IMG/VR virus record: IMGVR_UViG_3300035088_000013
Location: 1-64,000 of that record
Reading direction: 5' to 3' (one strand)
From: a virus
DNA: 64,000 nt
Shown here: positions 55,488 through 64,000 of the stretch, piece by piece
Numbering within the stretch: position 1 is the stretch's first letter
Layout: each line of letters opens with the position of its first letter
Position numbers and translations under genes: made by a program
Notes under the pieces: generated by a model
Told to the model about the DNA's origin: nothing
Databases searched by the model: none
Seen by the model: only the letters and a program-made list of their open reading frames with translations

Positions 55488-56260
55488 CAGCGCACCCACG
55501 GGGGTTGCGGGTTCAGCCCGGCAGCGCGCAGGATGTCGGCGGCCTGCGACGGGAGGCGGGTCGATTGGCCTTTCGCTTGACCGGCGGTGGCGCGGCCGAC
55601 GGAGATCGACCCCGCCGACAAGCTCCCGTACACCGCGAGGGAACCGGCGGGGTCGCCGGTGTCGTTCCACCACGACACGATTTCGCAAACAGCGTCACGG
55701 ACCGCTGCGCGTTGTTCCGGGTCGGAGGGGAAGCCGTTGTCGTCGACGTTGTACCGGGCCGTGAGCAGCATCAAATCGACTTCGCGGGTGGCGTCGGCGA
55801 GCATCCGCTCACAATCCGGGGGCGGGCTGTCCCGCAGGTACGCGGCCAGATCCGCGCTGGTGGCGTACGAGTAGCCGACCGGGTCGGCCAGCCGATCCGG
55901 GGCGACCGTGACCTCGTGGACGATGCGGCCGTTGCCGGTGCCGGTGACGGTCCACACGTGATACCACAAGCCGCCGACGTCGTAGGGGGCGACGACCGCC
56001 GTCCATATCTTGCCGCCTTGGGAGCTGGTCGCGGTCATCGGCAGCACCCGCCGGGTCATGCTGTCCGGCAGCGGCGGAATCGGCGGCCCGGGCGGCGGCG
56101 TAGGCGGGATCGGCGGTGCCGGTGCCGGGGGGAACGGTGACACGGGCGGGCCGGGGGGTGCCTGCACCGGCGGGGAGTACACGACCAGCGACGCAACCGT
56201 CGAACCGTCGAACCGGTCCAGCTCGAGCCGGGCGACCTGCGCGATACCGACCTCGGGCAT
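55487..56260 (-). CDS. head-to-tail adaptor
   Basis: YATSADLAAYL...ATREVD...AVRDAVC...ILRAAGL. Confidence 0.78.
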   Translation of the reverse strand: MPEVGIAQVARLELDRFDGSTVASLVVYSPPVQAPPGPPVSPFPPAPAPPIPPTPPPGPPIPPLPDSMTRRVLPMTATSSQGGKIWTAVVAPYDVGGLWYHVWTVTGTGNGRIVHEVTVAPDRLADPVGYSYATSADLAAYLRDSPPPDCERMLADATREVDLMLLTARYNVDDNGFPSDPEQRAAVRDAVCEIVSWWNDTGDPAGSLAVYGSLSAGSISVGRATAGQAKGQSTRLPSQAADILRAAGLNPQPPWVR

Positions 56261-56826
56261 GGTCGCCTCCTTCTCGGCTTTGTCAGATGGTGTGGGCGCG
56301 GGTGGCGGCCTGGTCCGCGGTCACGGCGGCGGCGGTGTCGGCCGCGGCGGCGGACGGCCCGGCCGCGACGGAGACAGCGGTGGTGATGTCGTCGCGGGAG
56401 GTCGCGGCCGGACCGTGCGGGGCCGGGGCGGCGGGGTTCACGGCCGGTCCGGCAGGCCACGGCGGGGGGTCTTGCGCGCGGCCGGTCACCGCCGCCTGGA
56501 CGGTGAGGACGGCTTGCGGGCGGGCCGCGGGCGGCCCACCGATGTCGATGCCGGAGGGAAGCAGCAGGACCAGCAGCACGCCCGACCACCCCGCCCCTTT
56601 TTTTGTCAGGTCACCCGAAGCCACACCGCGGGTGGGCCGATCGCGCCTCCACCCCAGGTGGCGAGGTTGTATGGCGGGAAGACCGTCAGCGACGGGACGC
56701 TGATGTTGAAGTTTGTTCCCGGGTTGGTGTTCACCCCCGGGTTGAACATTCCGACGGTTGGGCGCTGCGAGGTCGAGCCGAGAGAGGCGGGGCTGAACGC
56801 GGTAGCACCGATCCTCGCCTCCGGTT

Positions 56827-58188
56827 TCAGGCGACCTGGAAAATGATGACAATGGCAGAGGTCAGCGTCGGGCTGATTCCCGAGAGAACCGGATTGGACG
56901 GCAACGCACCGGTGACGCTGTCGGCGATTTCCATCGATGCTTGCCCTGTGGTACTCCAGTTGGTTGTGCCGCGATATCCGGCGAAAACGTTGCCCCCGTT
57001 GAGCGCCGAAACCGTCGGGGCCGACGTCTGCGGAACGTAGCCGAAAAAATATTGACCGGCAGGCAGCGCCAGTGACAGGCCGGTGACCCCGGCGAGCCCG
57101 AGCGCTGTCGTCGAGAACTGCGCCGACCCGTACACAAGGGTGCCAGGTGTTCCGGTTGCCGGGTTGACGTTCCACACCCCGACGCGACCGAAACCGCCGG
57201 TTGATACCGCTGTCACGTTGATGAACAGGCCTGCGATAGTCACCGGCGCATAAATGACAGTAGGTGTGAGGTACAGCCGGTTGACGGCGTTGGTGGTGGT
57301 GGTGGTAGCACCGTTGGTAACCCGGCTGTCGTAGTAGCGGCCGGACACATAGTACTGCTGGTAGGCGACGGCAGGTGTACCCGACGGGCCTTGCGGGCCG
57401 GGGTCACCTTGGACGCCGGGGATGCCTTGCTGGCCTTGGGGGATGGTGAACGCGAGCACCGCCGCACTGGAGGTGCCGGAGTTGGTGACGGCCGCGTTCG
57501 ACCCGGGCGTGCCGGTGGCGGTGGTACCGACCGTGACGGTGGCCGCCGCCCCCGGGGTGCCGGGGGTGCCCGGTGTTCCGGGGTCGCCCTTGTCCCCCTT
57601 GGGGATGGTGAACGCGAGCACCGCCGCGCTGGAGGTGCCGGTGTTGGTGACGGCGGCGTTCGACCCGGGCGTGCCGGTGGTTGTCGACCCGACGGCGACG
57701 GTGGCCGCCGCCCCGGGCGCGCCCGGGGTGCCGGGATCACCCTTGCCGCCTGCCGGTCCGGCCGGGCCGACCATCTGGTGAAACAGCGTGATCGACTGGT
57801 TACTTTTCCCGACGCCGGTGCCGCCGGTGTAGACGACAGGCACTTCGACGTAGGAGCCGCCCGGGTAGTCGACGGCGTCGGCCGCTACGGCGTACTCCGC
57901 GTATTTCGTCGCGTCGGTGCGGTCCTGGATCGTGATCGAGTCCCCGGCGGTGATCATCCGCAGCAGCGGCGCGACGTTGTCGCCGTTCGCGACCCGGTAA
58001 TTCAGCCACAACGTCGCGGACACGTCCGGGGTGGCCCCGTCGGAGCGGACCTGGCCGCTGGTGGGCGGCGGGGTCGACGTGTTCGACCACGAGTAGGCGT
58101 ACGCCGACGATGACGCGCCAGGGGGGCCCTGCACGCCGGGAAGGCCGGGTGTACCGGCGGGGCCGCGGACGGCCATGCCGGTTCTCAC
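56827..58188 (-). CDS. collagen-like head fibre/decoration protein
   Basis: Gly-X-Y runs and the same ATVxVGTTxTGxPGSNAAVTNxGTSSAAVLxFTIP repeat as the tail fibre. Confidence 0.75.
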   Translation of the reverse strand: MRTGMAVRGPAGTPGLPGVQGPPGASSSAYAYSWSNTSTPPPTSGQVRSDGATPDVSATLWLNYRVANGDNVAPLLRMITAGDSITIQDRTDATKYAEYAVAADAVDYPGGSYVEVPVVYTGGTGVGKSNQSITLFHQMVGPAGPAGGKGDPGTPGAPGAAATVAVGSTTTGTPGSNAAVTNTGTSSAAVLAFTIPKGDKGDPGTPGTPGTPGAAATVTVGTTATGTPGSNAAVTNSGTSSAAVLAFTIPQGQQGIPGVQGDPGPQGPSGTPAVAYQQYYVSGRYYDSRVTNGATTTTTNAVNRLYLTPTVIYAPVTIAGLFINVTAVSTGGFGRVGVWNVNPATGTPGTLVYGSAQFSTTALGLAGVTGLSLALPAGQYFFGYVPQTSAPTVSALNGGNVFAGYRGTTNWSTTGQASMEIADSVTGALPSNPVLSGISPTLTSAIVIIFQVA

Positions 58189-58622
58189 GTGCTCACCCAC
58201 ACCAGCGCGACCGCGTCCCCGGCGTCTTGGGCGTCGAGGTAGACGGCGTTGCTGTTGTTCACATCCAGCGACATGGCTTCCCCGGCAGCGAGGGGGAACC
58301 CGGACAGGAACGTCACCGTCGGGCCGCCGATGTAGATGAGGCCCTGGTTGCCGGGCATCGCCCGCAGGGTGAGGCCGTAGATGCCCGCGTGGGCGGGGAG
58401 CCGGGTGGGGGTGCCGGGGGTGGTGACGGCGGCCCGGTCCGCGCCGACGGTGCCGCCGGGCTGGACCTGCGTGGGTAGCGGGCTGGCGGGTGACACGTCG
58501 ACCAGGCTGCCGTCGGGGCCGTACCCGACTTTCACCCTTTGGGCTTTGACCCCGGAGCCGATGTCGTCGGCGGCGATCGTCGCACCACCGGACCCGGGGT
58601 TGATCACGACGTTATCCGGCAT
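58185..58622 (-). CDS. virion structural protein (hypothetical)
   Basis: MPDNVVINPGSGG...NQGLIYIGG. Confidence 0.7.
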   Translation of the reverse strand: MPDNVVINPGSGGATIAADDIGSGVKAQRVKVGYGPDGSLVDVSPASPLPTQVQPGGTVGADRAAVTTPGTPTRLPAHAGIYGLTLRAMPGNQGLIYIGGPTVTFLSGFPLAAGEAMSLDVNNSNAVYLDAQDAGDAVALVWVST

Positions 58623-58650
58623 CGACCCTGGCCCTTCGCGTGCGGTGTCG

Positions 58651-59013
58651 TCAGGTGGCGGTGAGTTCGGCGTTCGTGACGGTGTAGGTGCCTTGACCGG
58701 CGAACGTTTCGATGGTGGGGTCACCGTTGGCGTCCCGCAGCGGGTCACCCCCGAGGAACCGGCCGTCATCGGTCCAGGTGCCGAAGTGCGACACGGCGGT
58801 ACCGGGTGGGACGTCGAACGTGGCCGGGCTGGCCAGGTCGCGGATGCCGGGGCCGGTGACCCCCCAGGACACGGCCTGCCGGGTGTAGACGGGGGTACCA
58901 CCGGTCAACTCGTTCGCACCGTCGGTGCCGGGGTCGTCGTCGTGCAGGCTCAGCATGGTGGCCGCGTCCGCGAGACCTTCCACGGCGGCGTCGCGCCCGT
59001 TGTCGGATAGCAT
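58651..59013 (-). CDS. virion structural protein
   Basis: LSLHDDDPGTDGANELTGG..YTRQ motif. Confidence 0.75.
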   Translation of the reverse strand: MLSDNGRDAAVEGLADAATMLSLHDDDPGTDGANELTGGTPVYTRQAVSWGVTGPGIRDLASPATFDVPPGTAVSHFGTWTDDGRFLGGDPLRDANGDPTIETFAGQGTYTVTNAELTAT

Positions 59014-59129
59014 TCTCGGCCCCTTTGAACACGGCACGGTTCGGGTTGGGGGTGGCGGGCGCACGGCGGTGGTCCCTCGCCGCGAGTTGACCTTGCCGCG
59101 CGCCCGTCACGACATCAGGCGGTGCGCCA

Positions 59130-59780
59130 TCAGCGGTGATGCTGCTGCTTGGCGGCAGGGGCCTCGGCTGTTGCAGCCCCGGCGGACGGGGTCTGCTGCT
59201 TGTCGGCGGCCTTGTCCGCGGATGCCTTGGCCGCGGTCTTGTTCCGGTCAGCGGCCCTGGTGGTGGCCTTCTTGACGGCTTCGGCCTGTTTCTTGGCCCC
59301 GGACTTGTCCGGGTCTCCGACCGGCGGCGCGTTGACGATGTCCGCGTTCAGGTAGTCGGAGCGCACCCGGGTTTGGGAGCCGTCGAGGTTGCTGGCCAGC
59401 ACGCCGTGCATGGCGATCGCGTCGGCGTCGGCGGCGGCCTTCGCCCTGAGCACCTCGGGCGGGATACCGTCGATGATGTTGCGCGACAGCACTCCGCCGA
59501 CACCGTGGCCGGGCTGCCTCGCCACAACGTCCGCCGGTGAAGGGGTGATGGCGACCGCGCCGAGGCCGTTGCCGCTGGCGTCCGGGTCGGACGGCTTGGC
59601 GGGCTCGCCGATCATCCGGGAGGTGTGCGACTGCTTCGCGACCTCATCCACCACCAGGTCCGGAATGTCGGAGGAGTCGACGCGCTCCCAGTTGGGGCGC
59701 ACCTCCAGGTCGGGGCGCTCACCGCCGAACGCGAACGTTTCCCCGGTGAGCACATTCTTGTAAGCGAACACTTCAGTCAT
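59130..59780 (-). CDS. hypothetical protein after capsid
   Basis: GGAG RBS; 216 aa. Confidence 0.7.
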   Translation of the reverse strand: MTEVFAYKNVLTGETFAFGGERPDLEVRPNWERVDSSDIPDLVVDEVAKQSHTSRMIGEPAKPSDPDASGNGLGAVAITPSPADVVARQPGHGVGGVLSRNIIDGIPPEVLRAKAAADADAIAMHGVLASNLDGSQTRVRSDYLNADIVNAPPVGDPDKSGAKKQAEAVKKATTRAADRNKTAAKASADKAADKQQTPSAGAATAEAPAAKQQHHR

Positions 59781-59832
59781 GGTCGATCTCCACTCGTTGG
59801 TGGCGGACTCTGTTCGCGCCTCGTGCGGCCCG

Positions 59833-60744
59833 TTACGGCAGCGGGGCGGCGTGGATGAGGATGGCCTTCTGCGCGTCGACGACGGTCATGCCGTAGAGGA
59901 TGTCGAAGGAGATCAGGTCCACCTTCATCTTGATGTCGTAGCCGTAGGTGACGCGGATCCCCAGGCCGTTGTAGGAGGCGATCGCGGACTGCCCGGGGGC
60001 GACCCCCATCGGGATCGCCAGGGGTCGCACCGCGACGGCGAACGCATCTTTGTGGAACGCGAGCGATACCTCACTGCCGGGGTTGCCGGTGGTCTGCGGC
60101 GGCAGCCCGACCCCGTTGTGCTCGTAGGCGTCGAACGAGAACAGCCGGTTGCCGAGGCTGGCCTCCCGCAGGCCCTGGGTGTCGCCGCGGGCGTCGGCCC
60201 GCTTGAGGAGGTCGTTCTTCAGCCACTTGCTGGTGGTGATCGACCCGACGACCGCGTACCGGTCGGAGATCGGCACGCCACGCAGCGACAGTTCCCGGCG
60301 GGCTGCGATCAGCGCCTCCGGCGTATCCCACATCTCAGTCGCGACATTGCCGACGTAGGTGGGGATGCCGTTGCGCAGTGCGAGCAGGTCGGTCTCGAGG
60401 GCCTGGATGATGGCCTGCACGGCGGGCTGGATGAACTTGCCGGAGAAGTCGTCCAGTTTGAGGGTGAGTTCCTCGGTGGAGATCGCGAAGCTGACGTCCT
60501 TGAACTTGTTCAAGGTCATCGGGACGCCGGTCTCCTGGTAGTTCTGGATCCGGGTGCCGTTCACACGGTCGAAGTCGTCGGCGACGAACGCCTGCGGCTT
60601 ACGGATGGTGATGGTGTCACCGATCTTGTTTGCGAACTCGTCCTCGTAGTCACGGTGTACGAGCTGCGACATCACGGTGTCGCGGTACATGATCGCGATC
60701 GCCCGGCGGGCGATGACGGATGGGGTAAGGATCGTGTTTGCCAC
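59833..60744 (-). CDS. major capsid protein (P22 coat-like family)
   Basis: ANTILTP...RDYEDEF..KIGDTITIRKP...LAFHKDAF...DILYG. Confidence 0.9.
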   Translation of the reverse strand: MANTILTPSVIARRAIAIMYRDTVMSQLVHRDYEDEFANKIGDTITIRKPQAFVADDFDRVNGTRIQNYQETGVPMTLNKFKDVSFAISTEELTLKLDDFSGKFIQPAVQAIIQALETDLLALRNGIPTYVGNVATEMWDTPEALIAARRELSLRGVPISDRYAVVGSITTSKWLKNDLLKRADARGDTQGLREASLGNRLFSFDAYEHNGVGLPPQTTGNPGSEVSLAFHKDAFAVAVRPLAIPMGVAPGQSAIASYNGLGIRVTYGYDIKMKVDLISFDILYGMTVVDAQKAILIHAAPLP

Positions 60745-60805
60745 GGTGTCGGTCTCCCTCGGCGGAAGTGCCTGGAGGACCCACCCCGGCGGAAACGGGC
60801 GCGGG

Positions 60806-61690
60806 TCAGCGCTGCACGGCAGCGCTCACGGGGTCGATCTGCCGGATGTGGTCCTCAATGGACATGTCGGCGTCGGTAACTCGTCCGCCGGGCCCGCCGG
60901 TGAACTCGCCTCCGCTCTGTTTCGGCGCAGCCGCAGGCGGCTGCACCTTGAATCGGGTGGGGTTCGATGAGACCTGGGCGCGGATCAGCTCGGCGAGCTG
61001 CTCGGCGAACCCGTCGGCGGCCGGATCGAGGCCCTTGATCTTGGCGAGGAACCCCGCGGAGTCCATGAGTTCCGGGGTGTTCGCTCCCTGACCGGTGGCT
61101 GACTGCCACACCGCGAGCTGGACCTGAAGCTCCCGGTGTTTATCGGTCCAGTCCTGCACGGCCCCTTGCGTCTGCTCGAGGCGTTGCATCGCCTCGTCGA
61201 TCGTCTTGGGGCGCTGGGGTTCGGCCTGCTCGTCGGTGTCGTCGACCAGGCCCATCACCTTCGCGAAGCCGTCGACGAAGCCCTGGAGCTTGTCGGCGTT
61301 CGCCTTGACCCGCTCGTCGGCCTTGTCCTCGGCGGTCTTCGCCTTGACCCGGTTGTCGCCGTTCTCCTTCTCGAGGGCGCGGATGCGTTTCTGCGCCCAT
61401 CCGGGGAGCTGCTCGAACTCTTCGGTCACCTGGCCCCCGCCGGTGCCCGCCTCGGGCGGGTCGGACGGCTTCGGGGCCGGTTTCACCGGGGGCGTGGTGG
61501 TGGTGTCACCGGCTGCACTGGTCTGCTTCCCCTTGCCCGCGGTGGTCTCACCGGTGACGCCGTCGTGGCCGTCGACCGACTGCTCGATCTGCTCGACCGT
61601 CAAAGGCTCAGGGATGCTGCTGGTTTCGCCGGTCCCGCCGGTCGATCCCGCGTCGCTGGACCCGCCCGGGGTCTCTGTCACGTCGCTCAT
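60806..61690 (-). CDS. capsid scaffolding protein
   Basis: acidic/coiled coil, LPGWAQKRIRALEKEN, DSAGF; directly before capsid. Confidence 0.82.
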   Translation of the reverse strand: MSDVTETPGGSSDAGSTGGTGETSSIPEPLTVEQIEQSVDGHDGVTGETTAGKGKQTSAAGDTTTTPPVKPAPKPSDPPEAGTGGGQVTEEFEQLPGWAQKRIRALEKENGDNRVKAKTAEDKADERVKANADKLQGFVDGFAKVMGLVDDTDEQAEPQRPKTIDEAMQRLEQTQGAVQDWTDKHRELQVQLAVWQSATGQGANTPELMDSAGFLAKIKGLDPAADGFAEQLAELIRAQVSSNPTRFKVQPPAAAPKQSGGEFTGGPGGRVTDADMSIEDHIRQIDPVSAAVQR

Positions 61691-61835
61691 GTGCAGGTTC
61701 GCCCTTTCATGGGGAGAGCCGGTCGCACCCGGCGACCGGCTCCCGTTGGAGGTGGAACACGTGCTTCTCTTGTCACCCCACCCCCGGCAAGGGGCGGGAC
61801 GTCGTTTCAAGGGGGGGTGCCGGTACGCTCCCGGC

Positions 61836-62018
61836 ATGGATGAGGCCGAAGAGCTGGCCACATTGCGGTCGGCGCTGGAGCGCGACAAGACGTGGTGTCT
61901 GCGGGTCTACCGGGCAGCAGCGTGGGTGCAGCGGACGGTGCATCCGTCGGTGGCCCGGGATCAGGGCTGGTGCCAGCGGATCGCCCTGTTGCAGCGGGTG
62001 CTACGCGAACGAGCGTGA
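61836..62018 (+). CDS. small protein opposing the late operon, probably leaderless
   Basis: TACGCT -10 six nt before ATG. Confidence 0.45.
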   Translation: MDEAEELATLRSALERDKTWCLRVYRAAAWVQRTVHPSVARDQGWCQRIALLQRVLRERA

Positions 62019-62251
62019 GTGAACCGCCGTGACCGGAGGTGCCGGTCGTACCGTCGAGGGGCGGGGCGCGCCCAACCCGCCCTTGCCGCCGGGGGCAGAG
62101 CCAGCGGCCCTTCGTCTGCTCCCGGCAGCTCCGAGCGCGTCCCGCGCCCACGTCTCAGCGCGGTTTACGGGCGGCGTTGGTGAGGATGACCGGCGGGTAG
62201 TCGACCTGCTGGCGGGCCTGCACCCTTTGGGCGTCGGACAGCTGTCGCGCG

Positions 62252-63022
62252 CTACGTACCGCTTCCGGGACGGGTGACGGTGACGTCGACGAGCCGGGTT
62301 CCTTCGGCGTCGGTGCCATGGTCTTTGACCACCTTCCACACCAGGTCGTGCTCCAGCGTCAGTTCGGCCTGGGGGCCGTTGTGTTTGCTGCCCCGGGTGT
62401 GGGTGGAGGTCCCGAGGGCGTGGACGCCAGCGGCGACGTGGACCCGCATCTTGACCGCGCCGACGGCGGGGGTGGCGTCGGGGTGCGGTGATCCGTGGGT
62501 GAACGTGCGGACGACGTCCTCGTTCGTGGTCATCGACCCGTAGCCCTTCTCATGCCACGAGAAGCCGGACAGGTCGCCGTCGAGTTGGTCGCCGAACAGG
62601 TTGCGCGCCAAAAACAGGCCGCGCCAGCCTTGGACCGGTTGTGGTAGTGGACTGTCGGCCATGGCGGTGTCGATCCGGTTGACGTCTTGTTCCTCGCGGC
62701 TCTTGCCGGGGTTGCCCCACATGTCTTTGCGCAGGAACTGGTTGATGGCCATGAACCAGCCGGTCTCGTACTCCGTCAGGGATTCACGTTGTTCGGGGGT
62801 CATGGTGCCGCGTTTGTAGAGGCCCTTGGGGACGGCGTCGTGGGCGGCCTGCCCGGTGAGGACGGCCCCGGAGGCGTGCAGGCCGCCGTCGCCGCCGCGG
62901 GTGATGACCTGGATGTCGGGGTGATCCGCCACGTCGGTGAACCGGCCGTTTTTGTCGCGGGGGTGCAGCAGCTCTTCCCAGTTGGCGAGGTTGGCCCGCC
63001 AGTCGGAGCCAAGGTGGGTCAC
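62252..63022 (-). CDS. ADP-ribosyltransferase (VIP2/C3-like, QxE) with HPRD leader
   Basis: INQFLR, GWRG, GYGSMT, PQAE. Confidence 0.78.
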   Translation of the reverse strand: MTHLGSDWRANLANWEELLHPRDKNGRFTDVADHPDIQVITRGGDGGLHASGAVLTGQAAHDAVPKGLYKRGTMTPEQRESLTEYETGWFMAINQFLRKDMWGNPGKSREEQDVNRIDTAMADSPLPQPVQGWRGLFLARNLFGDQLDGDLSGFSWHEKGYGSMTTNEDVVRTFTHGSPHPDATPAVGAVKMRVHVAAGVHALGTSTHTRGSKHNGPQAELTLEHDLVWKVVKDHGTDAEGTRLVDVTVTRPGSGT

Positions 63023-63061
63023 GACCGGTCTCCCTTCCGGCGGCGGGAGGCTCCCTGAACG

Positions 63062-63241
63062 TCAGCGCGGGGTGTCGTCCACCTGTGGTGGTCGCGGCTT
63101 TTCCCCGCCGCGTTGCATGCTGCCCGGCGGGTACTCGGCCAGGTAGCCGCCCAGGCCGGGCCACGTCTGATCGGTCAGCAGCAGCACCTCGTCGTCGGCG
63201 TGCCGCTTGGCGAGCCGGTCACCGGCGGGGTCGGGTTTCAT
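63062..63241 (-). CDS. small protein coupled to the upstream ART, candidate immunity protein
   Basis: ATGA overlap with the stop at 63238. Confidence 0.5.
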   Translation of the reverse strand: MKPDPAGDRLAKRHADDEVLLLTDQTWPGLGGYLAEYPPGSMQRGGEKPRPPQVDDTPR

Positions 63242-64000
63242 CGCTGGTATTCCTTCCAGGCGTCGCCGTTCGGGTTCGGCTGCCAGCCGGGCGGGTAGGT
63301 CCAGTCGGCGGGCACGACTTCCGCTTCGATGTAGATCCGGTACCCGTCGGCCGGGTCGCGGTAGGCGGCGTGGATGACCCGCTTGGTGCCCCGCGGCAGC
63401 AGGATCTCCCCCTCGGACTGCCACGCCGAGTGCTCATTGACGGCGAGGCCGTGCTGCCCGGCGGGGGTGCGGATCAGCCAGGTTACGTGGCCTCCGGCGG
63501 TACCCGCCCCACCCGGGCGGCGGCCGATGCTGGTGGACCAGAACGCATCGTCGTGGATGACCCGCCCGGTCAGCGAGGCGAGGCTGTCGGGGTCGTCGGG
63601 GTTGATACCGAGGGAGCGGATACCGCCCTCGTCCTCACCCCGGTGCAACAGCAGCGGCTCCGGCAGGGTGTGCGCGGCGATCGCGGCGTCGATCTCTTTG
63701 ATCGCGGTGTCGACCTGGTCGGCCCACTCGGGGTCCTTCTGGTCGAACCGCAACGCTTTGTTGATGTGCGTCGACGAGGGGCCTTTCATGCCGCCGGTGT
63801 AGTCGTGGACGGCCTTGGCCTGGGCGGGGGTCAGGTGCGCGGGCATGTGTTGCGCCGCCCATTCGCGGCCCTGTTGGTTGGAGGAGAATTGCGGGCCGCC
63901 GGGCATGCCGACGGTGCGCCGGTTGTAGGCGTTCTCCGCCAAAACTTCGTCGAGCCGTTCCGCGAGCGCGGCATGGTGTTCGGGGGTGCCGCCGTACTTG
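63238..64000 (-). CDS. C-terminal ADP-ribosyltransferase (VIP2-like, ExE); gene runs off the window, possibly a MuF/minor capsid fusion
   Basis: INKALR, LHRG, FWSTS, QSEGEILLPRG; frame open to 64000. Confidence 0.85.
   Translation of the reverse strand, partial: KYGGTPEHHAALAERLDEVLAENAYNRRTVGMPGGPQFSSNQQGREWAAQHMPAHLTPAQAKAVHDYTGGMKGPSSTHINKALRFDQKDPEWADQVDTAIKEIDAAIAAHTLPEPLLLHRGEDEGGIRSLGINPDDPDSLASLTGRVIHDDAFWSTSIGRRPGGAGTAGGHVTWLIRTPAGQHGLAVNEHSAWQSEGEILLPRGTKRVIHAAYRDPADGYRIYIEAEVVPADWTYPPGWQPNPNGDAWKEYQR

Noticed and set aside
1-64000. tRNA/rRNA genes, IS elements, integrase
   Set aside because: No cloverleaf with T-loop and acceptor stem, and no transposase or recombinase motifs recognised by eye; a tRNAscan/HMM run would be needed to exclude them formally.

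Overview
High-GC actinobacterial temperate siphovirus, probably maintained as a plasmid-like prophage: it has parA plus an RHH partner, an iteron-bearing HTH replication initiator, three type II TA pairs and no integrase in the window. The left ~35 kb is an early/accessory region of small genes. The most striking feature there is a ~85-95 bp element repeated 19 times on both strands, CCTGTTGACA-N15-TGTTTACT(T)-N~5-GTGAGCG-GGGGGC(TGGA)GCCCCC-RBS-ATG. Each copy heads its own gene cassette, and the hairpin shows compensatory changes. Cassette cargo includes an AcrVA2-like protein, a solo YefM antitoxin C-terminal domain, a four-domain polyvalent protein and an orphan paralog of the gene that follows a virion-operon zeta toxin. 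The same region carries a RecT/Bet plus Cas4-like exonuclease pair and candidate structured ncRNAs. A lysis cassette (+ strand, 35.9-38.5 kb) converges on the minus-strand morphogenesis operon (38.5-64 kb): tail fibre, minor tails, Dit, tape measure, frameshifted chaperones, major tail, head-tail connectors, capsid and scaffold. Inserted in that operon are a zeta-toxin-like kinase and two ADP-ribosyltransferases; the kinase and one ART share an N-terminal WEExLHPRDxxGxF...PDIxVITRG leader. All family assignments are from motif recognition by eye, not database searches.
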